A DNA stretch of 44,150 bases from a virus (Duplodnaviria; Heunggongvirae; Uroviricota; Caudoviricetes): the IMG/VR virus record IMGVR_UViG_3300005758_000043. One strand, given 5' to 3'. The notes below the pieces were generated by a model. The model saw nothing but the letters and a program-made list of their open reading frames with translations. It searched no databases and was not told the DNA's origin. Below are positions 26,166-35,400 of the stretch, piece by piece; positions within the stretch are counted from its first letter, which is position 1; every line of letters starts with the position of its first letter. A program made the translations under genes and the position numbers.

Positions 26166-26567
26166 ATGCCAATATATATTTATCACAATTTAGAAACCGA
26201 CGAATATCGAGAAGTCTTTCAATCTATGAAAGAAAAACATGAATATTTTGGAGAAAATGGTGATGAAAAAAATTGGAAAAGAGTATTCACGGTTCCGCAG
26301 GCTTCTATCGACTCTGTTATTGATCCATTTAGTTCTCAGCAATTTACAGATAAAACTTATAATAAAAAGGGAACTTATGGCGATCTAATTGATAGAAGCG
26401 CGGAGCTTAGTGCAAAAAGGTCAGAAACAGCAGGAGGTATTGATCCAGTAAAAGAAAAGTATTTCGAAAACTATTCGAAAGCAAGAAAAGGCGCAAAACA
26501 TCCTGATCAGTTCAAAAAGAAATTTGAAAATCAACATGTTTCTGTTGACTTCACTGCAAAAAATTAA
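26166..26567 (+). CDS. FmdB-like small regulatory protein lacking the zinc-ribbon cysteines
   Basis: The N-terminus MPIYIYHNLETDEYREVF..WKRVF follows the MP-x-Y-x-Y ribbon pattern without CxxC pairs. Confidence 0.5.
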   Translation: MPIYIYHNLETDEYREVFQSMKEKHEYFGENGDEKNWKRVFTVPQASIDSVIDPFSSQQFTDKTYNKKGTYGDLIDRSAELSAKRSETAGGIDPVKEKYFENYSKARKGAKHPDQFKKKFENQHVSVDFTAKN

Positions 26568-27736
26568 AACGCTGGAGCAAATGCGCCCATAATCGAAAAT
26601 GGCTCGTAATATGCTCCACTCGTTGAGAGTTCTCGTTTCATAAAAAATCCTCCAGTCTCATTTGCGGCAAATGAATAAGTAGCATTGAATTGCATTATCC
26701 CATTTGTCTGCATCGAGTAGCTGGAGGATTCTAGTTTTGCATTTTCAATCTTATAAAAACCAGATTGTGATTTAGTTTGATCGGCAAATGATACTTCTAA
26801 AGAATATCCGCTTTCATTTCCAAGCAAAGATTGTATATTGCCAACTGCTAATCCAGAAACTAAACAAGAAATCTGCACTTGTCCATTGTTTGGAAAAAGA
26901 AGTTTTCTATCAAATATATAATTACTTCCTAGTCCATAAAGAGGAACTCTGGCCAAATCCAAATCTAAAGAAAAAGATTGTAGCAATGGATTTGCGCTTG
27001 GATCTAAATTAACTCCTCCTATTTGCAAATTCTGAAGAGAAAAAGTGCTTGCACTAGATAATGCTACAGGTGCATTATATTCGTTTCTTGATTCTGGATT
27101 ATTTTTTATATATGTTCCTGTTATAGTTTGATATAACTGTGAAAGATCTAAATTGCCCGATCCGCTATTATTTCCAGAAATGCTATTGATCGCTGGTATT
27201 GGCATTTTGTTGCCAGTTAAAGATTCACATCTTACATTTGAAGCTGAAAAACCAACAGATACCGCTGGAATCTGCCCTATTGCAAATGCAACAGAATATT
27301 TTGTAAGATAACAATTTCCAAAATTCATTGCATTGTATCCACTGAAATTTGAAGGTAAGTTTTTAGCAGCAGTGAAACCATCTTGACCAGCTTCTGTATT
27401 AATCAATAAATATATGTTATTATTTTTACCTTGCAGATTTGATAATGCTGGTTCATAACTATCTCCAGAACCTTTTAATCCGAAAAGCAACTCATTGCTT
27501 AAATAAGGAGTTAAATAGTAACTCATTGATAACTCAACTTCTGGAGCTTTTACAATATCATTTACAGCATAGTCTTGACTGCCAATTTGCTTGATTTTTT
27601 GTCTATCGCTTGTGATAGAGCAATCGGTGCTTTGCACAAGAGAAAGTAATCGCGCCGAATCTTGTCCAGTAGTCCAAGATGGAGAATCGCCAATCAATGC
27701 GAATGTTGAGTTGCTTTTTATGACTATTTTTTTCAT
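26564..27736 (-). CDS. tail-tube-fold paralogue (distal tail/tube initiator candidate)
   Basis: It shares motifs with 42962..44068 (LVQS..R..I.Q.G; NCYLTKYSVAFAIGQIPAVSV; LQSFSL.L.R.PLY.LG) and lies downstream of the tape measure gene. Confidence 0.6.
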   Translation of the reverse strand: MKKIVIKSNSTFALIGDSPSWTTGQDSARLLSLVQSTDCSITSDRQKIKQIGSQDYAVNDIVKAPEVELSMSYYLTPYLSNELLFGLKGSGDSYEPALSNLQGKNNNIYLLINTEAGQDGFTAAKNLPSNFSGYNAMNFGNCYLTKYSVAFAIGQIPAVSVGFSASNVRCESLTGNKMPIPAINSISGNNSGSGNLDLSQLYQTITGTYIKNNPESRNEYNAPVALSSASTFSLQNLQIGGVNLDPSANPLLQSFSLDLDLARVPLYGLGSNYIFDRKLLFPNNGQVQISCLVSGLAVGNIQSLLGNESGYSLEVSFADQTKSQSGFYKIENAKLESSSYSMQTNGIMQFNATYSFAANETGGFFMKRELSTSGAYYEPFSIMGAFAPAF

Positions 27737-28677
27737 GTTCCTGTTGGTATTACTCCTAGTGGATCTTCAATCAATGATACTTCAATATCATGAGAATCAA
27801 AATATTTAAAAGTATGACTCCACGAAGGGGCATAAAATACCTTTTCCCTATTATACACAGATTGAGGAGTATGCGAGAATTTTCTAAAACCCGCTTTGTT
27901 TTCTAAAAAGTGGAGAATCGCTTTAGCTTGTCTTGTTGACACATTACTGAATTTATAAGAGAAATTAGTTTGCGCCAAATTTCTGCGAGTTTTCATTCGC
28001 TGAATAAACGAGTTTTTGAATTCTATTTTATCTACTTTTAAAGTAACATCGTTTTGTAATCCGACATCAGGTTCAAAGAAAAATGCTTGAGTCCATTTTG
28101 ACGATGATCCTGTCGGTCCATCAACTGATGCGCTTGAAGATGTATGATCTCCACTGCAATAATAATAGTTGTTTAATTTATTTGCGCTAATGCCGCTATA
28201 AACAATATCATATTTCTTATATGAAGTTGCCGCAGACCATGTTTGTAGCGGACTATTAATAAATGTCATTCCAGACCAGTTGAGTAAAGCTGGAGCTTGA
28301 TTAACTTCGAAAGATACTGCTACTTCGTAATGGTTTTTATTTATGTGATTGACTGCATAGTTATCACATACTCCACTGATAGTTTTATAAAAGTTAGATG
28401 CGTCGGTGAAGCCAAATAATTTATTACCTTCTTGACGTTCAATATAAGAAACTAATTGTTGCGCGGAGATTTCATTAACGTCAAATCTTAATTCAAACTT
28501 AGCATCAATACTATTGATTGATGATGGGATCATGTTGAAGTATCCATTTTGAGTTTCATATGTATTTGATCTTGCGCTGAAAGAAGCTCTTGATCCATAT
28601 ACAGGCTCTAAACTCAAACCCGTTAATGGAGTTACTCCAGTTATATTTCCAGTTGTTCTATCGTAAAATGCGCTCAT
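27733..28677 (-). CDS. minor tail protein with two lambda gpM-like repeats and an inserted small carbohydrate-binding-like module
   Basis: Repeat 1: EPVYGSRASF..QQLVSYIERQEGNKLF. Repeat 2: EPDVGLQNDV..KAILHFLENKAGFRKFSHTP. Insert: WSAATSYKKYDIVY..YYCSGDHTSS. Confidence 0.6.
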   Translation of the reverse strand: MSAFYDRTTGNITGVTPLTGLSLEPVYGSRASFSARSNTYETQNGYFNMIPSSINSIDAKFELRFDVNEISAQQLVSYIERQEGNKLFGFTDASNFYKTISGVCDNYAVNHINKNHYEVAVSFEVNQAPALLNWSGMTFINSPLQTWSAATSYKKYDIVYSGISANKLNNYYYCSGDHTSSSASVDGPTGSSSKWTQAFFFEPDVGLQNDVTLKVDKIEFKNSFIQRMKTRRNLAQTNFSYKFSNVSTRQAKAILHFLENKAGFRKFSHTPQSVYNREKVFYAPSWSHTFKYFDSHDIEVSLIEDPLGVIPTGT

Positions 28678-29465
28678 GAATGTCCAATATAATTTAATGT
28701 TAGTTTGACTCCTCCATCCGCACTGCTAGATAAAGATTCTCCAATCAAAGAAGCATTAGGTATTTGCAGTTGTTGCAAAGTAACAGTCTTATCTTTTGAC
28801 TTTATAGAGAATGTTACTGTTTTGTTTTCTTTTTTCGATAAAAATTCCATTCCGCTTGCTAAAAATGAATCATCTACTTCAATTTGAACTGTAGCAGAAA
28901 ACTCAAAAGGTCCAACTGAAAGTATCTCTGTTGGAAATTTAGAGCCAATATTATAAATTGGTTTTCTGGAGCATCTGATAGCATAATCAAAACCAACTAC
29001 TCTATTTGTAGAAGAATAATCGCATGTTAATGAAATAGATCCTTGGTTTGGAATATAGAAAGTTGGCGCAGCAATCGACCCAGATGCATTGTTGACTCCA
29101 GTTTTTAATTCATCATAAATTGTTACATTGGTGCTGACTTTTGGTATTGAGCCAACAGCGCAATTAACCATATATTCATCAAGATAGCCACTTTTAAATC
29201 CATAGCTGTTGCCGCCATAATTCAAGCTTCCGCTCATTTGAGACGAGCCAGTGTAATTTAACAAAGGATCTTGATAAATAAGATTTCTTGATATGCTTAG
29301 TTTTTGCTGAGTTGCTCCATTGATAACAGTTGTTGCTCTTTCGAATCCTAGATATTTTGAAATAGCTGGAGAATTAGAATAGGAAATATCTAAGTTTTCG
29401 ATGCCAAAAATCTCTTGGCCCGAAACAAATAGTTTGTTTTCATGATTTGTGATTTGCCCAAACAT
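28674..29465 (-). CDS. tail-tube-fold paralogue (tube initiator/hub candidate)
   Basis: GYLDEYMVNCAVGSIPKVS and RKPIYNIGSKFP align by eye to the major tube protein. The gene follows the tape measure gene directly. Confidence 0.55.
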   Translation of the reverse strand: MFGQITNHENKLFVSGQEIFGIENLDISYSNSPAISKYLGFERATTVINGATQQKLSISRNLIYQDPLLNYTGSSQMSGSLNYGGNSYGFKSGYLDEYMVNCAVGSIPKVSTNVTIYDELKTGVNNASGSIAAPTFYIPNQGSISLTCDYSSTNRVVGFDYAIRCSRKPIYNIGSKFPTEILSVGPFEFSATVQIEVDDSFLASGMEFLSKKENKTVTFSIKSKDKTVTLQQLQIPNASLIGESLSSSADGGVKLTLNYIGHS

Positions 29466-29466
29466 A

Positions 29467-32400
29467 TTACATTCCTCTTCTTAATTGCCCGCCGAGTCTC
29501 TTTTCTTCTTGGATGACCTTGAGAACTGCGTCTCTGATCTGTCTAGCGAGTTGTTGCTTCCCTTCTGAGCCATTACCGTCAGAAGTCTCAGAAGACTTGC
29601 CAGAGCCGCCTTCTACGTTAATTGTGATGTTTCCAGCAGAACCAGATGCTTCAATCAATTCATCAAGTTTGGAAATCAAACGATCATTCAATTCTTCGCT
29701 CTTTTCTTCTGTTGGAAGAGACTTTGCTCCGCTGTTCAACGCTTGAAGATTTCCGCTACCGATATTTTGTGCAGCAGCACGATTCATGATGAACTCTCCA
29801 CCAGAAAGCATTGTTGATACCGTGTCGATGCCTGATGTTGAAGGAATTGGTCCACCTGTAGCTCTATACTTTTCAAATGCCATTCCATTAACATCACCAA
29901 CAATTTTTGCGCGAGGAGTGAATGCTGTATCGCTAAATATATTAGATAGACCTCCAGATCCGTTATATCCACTCCATACTCCATTTATTCCAGAACCAAT
30001 GGATGACATATATCCTTGCCCTAAATTTTGAGCTTGAGTATATCCATTATTAAAACCAGTTACCGCAGACTTAACCAAAGAACCACCAACAACAGAAATA
30101 CCAAGCATCAATAATTGATTTCTCAAAGCTTTTGATTGCTCCTTTTGTTTCTTTTGCTCTTCTTTTTTGGCTTCATAATCTCTCAAATACAAAGAGAAAG
30201 CTTCTCCCTTTGCAGAGCGCAATGCTTCCGCCGCTGGGCTATTCTGTCTTCCAAAATTTGTCAATCTTGCGCTTTCAGCTTCCAAATTAATAGAAGCATA
30301 ATTTCCGCTATTGATAATTTCATCTCTTTTGCCTGTAGTATAAGATTGTGTAGCAAAACCTAACAAGTTTTTAGAACCAGAGATCGCTCCTAATCCATAT
30401 TGACCTGGTGTATAGAAATTGCCTTGTGGGCCTTTTTGAACTGGTCCACCTTTTGCATATCCGCTTATAGATCCACTATTAAGAGCATTCAAGAAATCTG
30501 GTCCATACTTTTGAACAGCTTTTTTGTTCATAACAAATTCACCGCCCATAAGCATAGCTGGAACATCGTCCTTATTTCCAGAGCCTCCAACGATTGCTCC
30601 TCCAGAAGCCCTGAACAATGAAGAGAAACTTGGAATCAAATTACCCAAACCACCTACAGCTTTATCAACTAAATTGCCAATGATTTTTTGATTGATTCCT
30701 TTAACAAATTCGTATGCGGCAGCTTTTAAAGCATCTCCTAGCGATGCAGTTCCCTCGATTGCTGAATTGATGGCATTTGCCATTCCACTCGCAAACATAG
30801 CAGGAATTTCTTGCCCAAGTTTAGATTCAAATTCTTGGACGCTCTTATTCAATTCGCGAAATGCATTTGTCATCCCCTCTTTGAAAGATCCTGGTTGTGC
30901 CTGTGCTGTTTGAATATCGAACTTTGTTTTTAAAGTTTTACCACTTTCAAATTGGGTTGCTTTTATATTTCTGAGTCCTTCTGCGGCTTTAGTCAATTCT
31001 GTAGCTTTTTCTATTGCAGCATCTCCAGTATATCCAATAGCTTCGGCAGCTTTTTGAGCAGCTTCGCTGAGATCTCCCGACATCATAGACAATTTCTGAA
31101 CTTCGGCCCATGCTTTATCAGGGCTTTTTTCCCAATTTTTTGTATAGAATGTTTCTCCATTAATGGTTTTTGATAATCCCATTTCAGGTTGCAAATTCTT
31201 TTCCAATTGCGATCCTGCTTGCACATTGTGAGTGTATGGAGAATTGATATTTGGATTATTAAAAAGATCTTTAAATTGTTTTTCTGTAAGTGGATTTGTT
31301 TGTGCAAACCTTCCTGGATTTTTAAGTGGTTCATAATATTTTGCATTTTTTGCTACACTATCAACACTTTGTCCATACATAGATGCTCTATTGAAAACAG
31401 TCGATAAAAATGCCGCTTGCGCATCTTGAGATTGACCGCCAACTTCAGAGGCAATTAATTTGCGCAAATGCGCTGTATCCACTCCAGTCAAGTCTCTATT
31501 TTGCATTGGAGTGTTTGCTGGTGATTCAGCAACTTCTTTTGCTAAAGCATCATATAACTTTTGTAAAGCTTCTGTATTTGCAGCCAATTGTTTCGTATTC
31601 TCCAAAGTCATTTGCTCTGTTTTAAATTGAATTTCTGCTTCTTTTGCCGCTTTTTCAAATTCAAGTTGTTGAGTTTTATCAAAGAATTCTTTTTCAATCT
31701 GCTGTTGCTTGTTAAGGTATTCTTGAGGATCGGTTATTCCCGCAAAGTTTTTTGGATTTTGTAATTCAAAATCTTTTTGCATGCTAAGTCTTTCAATACG
31801 GCCCGAAAGAGCAATGTTTTCTCTTTGTTTTTCGGCCATTGATCCAGTGAATGATAACAATAATTTATTGAATTGCTTTTCTAAATCTTTTGATGCATTA
31901 AGGAATGCTGGATTTAACTGTTCTAACTTGCTTATCATTTCTTCCGTAGCAAGAGAAGCTTCGTTCATTGCCGAACCAATTTGCGCTGTGGATTGAGAAA
32001 AATTAGACTGCTCTAATTGCGCTCTAGATTTTCTATAGTCTTCTTCAATATCTGGAGCATTTTTTATGCTCATCATTTGTTTTAAAGAATCTTCGGCTCC
32101 AGGGACACCTTGTTCCGCTAAAGTTTTAAGATTACTTATTTGATTTTCTATAAAATCTGTTTGTGAAGATCCGCTTTTTAAATAATCTGCTGATGCAATT
32201 ATTTTTTTGTAAAAATAGTCTGCGGAATCGACAACTAATTTCTGCGAACTAAAAGCTGCATCTAATTTTATAATTGCAGCATTTTTTTCAGCTTCAGCAA
32301 TATCTTTTCCTAAATTTGCGAGTTCATTAATAGAACTTGCTTTCTCAATTTTAGACACAAGCCCTTGTCCAAGATTTTTTTCAAGAGCATTAGATAATAA

Positions 32401-35400
32401 ATCTTTTTGAAGATTTCTAAAAATTGTTTGCTGTTGATTTTGAGCTTTTAATACAACAGAAGATCTTTCTTTTTTATTAATTAAGACATCAATATTATCT
32501 TGCATTCCTTTCGGAGCAATAGATTTTAATTGTTCTGCTCTATTTTTAAAGCTATCATCTCTTATATTTAATAACTTTTCTTCATATGAAAGCTCCTCTT
32601 TGAGCAAATCAATATTTTGTAATCTAAAATTTCTTTCGTTATTCAAAGCAGAATTCTTAGCTTCAACAATAGCAGTTGTTTTTTTGGTTAAATCTTCTTG
32701 TATTTTCGTTAATTTGATTTGATCAGCAATTGAATTTAATTGGCTGTCTAATAAATTTAAAATCTTTTTATAAGCTTCTCCTTCTCCAAATATAGATTTT
32801 AATTGATCTTCTAAAGAATTTTTAATTTGAGAATTATAGCCTTGTTGTTGAATGATTTGTTCGGTTATTGAATCCACTAATCCACGAATTTTTTCAAAGC
32901 TCTTCTCGTTTATTTTTCCAGCAATAGCTTCTCCAACAGCGTTTTTGATAGCTTCTTGACTTCTTAAAAAATCTGCTGCTGCACCCGCTTGTTGCTTAAC
33001 TAGTTCAATAGAACTTTTTCTAGCAGATAATTCACGATCAATTGATATTTTTCTCGCATCTGTTGTATTAATTAATTCTTTTTCTATAGATAGTAATAAA
33101 TCTTGTTGGCTATTAATATCTAATAAAGCTAATTTATATTTGATAGCATTATCTAATTTTTGCTCTGCTAATTGTAAATTAATAAGATTAACTGATTCTT
33201 GTATTTTAGCTTCTTTTGTAGTATCTTGAAAAATATCTAAAAGTTTTTTTGCTAATTCTTGTTTTTTTCCAGCATCATTAAGATTTCCAGATTCAGCGAT
33301 TGATTTTCGAGCTTCATCTATTTTCTTTTTTAATTCTGGATTTCCTGCTATATTTGTATTTACAGAAGCAAATAAATCATTAATGAATGGATCTAATTCG
33401 ATTCCTTTTAATCCTGCCGAAACAGCTTTTTCATATTTTTGTCTAGATTCTTCACTTGATAACTTATCAACCAAATCTGTTTCAAAAGCAGTTAGAGCTT
33501 TAAATTGCAAATCGCTAAATCCTTTGTAAACATCTTCAGAAGATAATTTAGCGGTGCCAGATTCTAGATTAGTAGTTCCAACTGTATATTTCTTTTGAAG
33601 CGCTGTCGGGCCTCCCACATTATATTGTTCTTGTAATTGAGCTTCAGATATTGAAGCTTGTCGTGCTAAAAATTCTTTATTATTTTTAAATGTAGCGAAT
33701 TCGAATTGTTGAGCATTTGCTTTTGCAGCATATTCAGCTTGGGATGCATCGCTAGAAATTTTATATTTATCTCTTAATTGCTTTTTTTCGCCTTCTGTCA
33801 TATAGGTAGCCATGAAACTACCTAATGCACTTTCTCCAGTATTAAACTGTCCTTTTCCGAATCCTTCGATCTTGCTACTAGTTATTTTAGATAATGATTT
33901 TGCAGCCGCTTCAGCTTCTGTATCAATAATGTTAAGCGCTCTAGCAAAACCTGTTCCTAGATCCATGAGCCATCCAGCCAAATCTTTTCCAAATATTTTT
34001 CCAATTGCATTTACAGCTTGAAATGCTGTTATAACTTGCCCTATAACTGGAAGCATTTTTCCAAACAATGGTCCTATTTTAGTAATAGCTCCTAAAGTCC
34101 CTCCTGCGACTTTACCTACTACCCCTGTTTTAGAAGCTGCATTTGCAAGTTTGCTTGTTATCATTCCTCCACCAGAAGAAGAAATTGCTGATGCTGCATC
34201 AGCTAAATCTGCCGCTGATGCCCCAGATTTTCTTGCTGTATTGAAATTTTCTAAAGAGTTTTGAAGTTCAGACTTAGGCTCTTTTCTCATTTGCCTGCCC
34301 ATTTTGGTGAATTCATTGAAACTCAAAACTCCAAAACTTACATCATTTAATCCTTGAGCTAATTTTTGCCCAGATTCTCCAAGCTCAGAAAACACTCCAG
34401 TTAATGCTGAAGCTACAGACTGAAATAAGAAAACCTTACCAACAAAATCTGCTGCGCTTTTATTATCTGAGTCTGTTGTTTGAGATAATCCTTGATTATT
34501 TAATTTTTTAGCTGCTAAAGCTTCTCTTTTTGCTTTAGCTTCTTGAGCCGCAATTTCTCTTGCTTGCTTTATAGATTCCGCTTGTTTTTTAGATTCATCA
34601 GCAACCTTTTTTGAAACATCAGTGCTATTACCCAAAGCTACTAATGCAGCCTCTAGTTTTTTAGATAGCTTATCCATATTGCCACCAGCCGCAATAGCTT
34701 TTTTTCCAAATTCATTAATAGCTTTTTCAACATCAGATCCAAACTTTGTGCCACCTCCTAATGAACTTGCCACTTGACCAGCGATTTCTGGAATTTTTGC
34801 AGCATAATTCGGCACAAATCCACTAGCCGCACCATAAGTCTTTGGATTACGCCCTTCTTTGATTGCACGGCTAACACCTTGATGCCCACCCATTGGTTCA
34901 TCACGACGATTAGCGACCATCAAACCCATTGGGTTTGCCGCGTTCTTGAGCGAAGGACTCTTATCAATATAGATCTGCGAAGAAGGAACTCCAGCCGCCA
35001 TTTCGCGGCTAATTGCCTGCTTGAGAGGATCAGCAAAATTAGGTAAGAATCCTCTCGCTGCATATTTCGAAGTTAAGCCCCCAATACCAGAAAATAGTGT
35101 TCGTTGGAATTCTTTTTTTGGCATTTCAGTTACAAACTTCTTTAACTCTTCAATGGTTTCGAAATCATTACCACCAAAAGAACCTGATGTTACAAGATTT
35201 GGAATCTGTCTATATTTAAGTTGAGGGAAACTATAAATCAACTCGTCCCAATTACTCATTTTATTAAAATCAATAGGCTTTTTTGATCTTGAGATTTTTC
35301 TCTCTTTTTGAGAAACGAGTTGATCACTAAGAATAGGTAATTTTGTTCTTTTTGATAATTTTGCTAATTGTAAAAATAATTTATAAGCGTCTCCTTTCTT

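Noticed and set aside
26630-26655. Reciprocal -1 slip at GGA TTT TTT ATG that would truncate the 390-aa paralogue before its GAFAP tail
   Set aside because: The P-site re-pairing would be mismatched (A-TTT-TTT is not X-XXY-YYZ), and T runs are common in this AT-rich genome.
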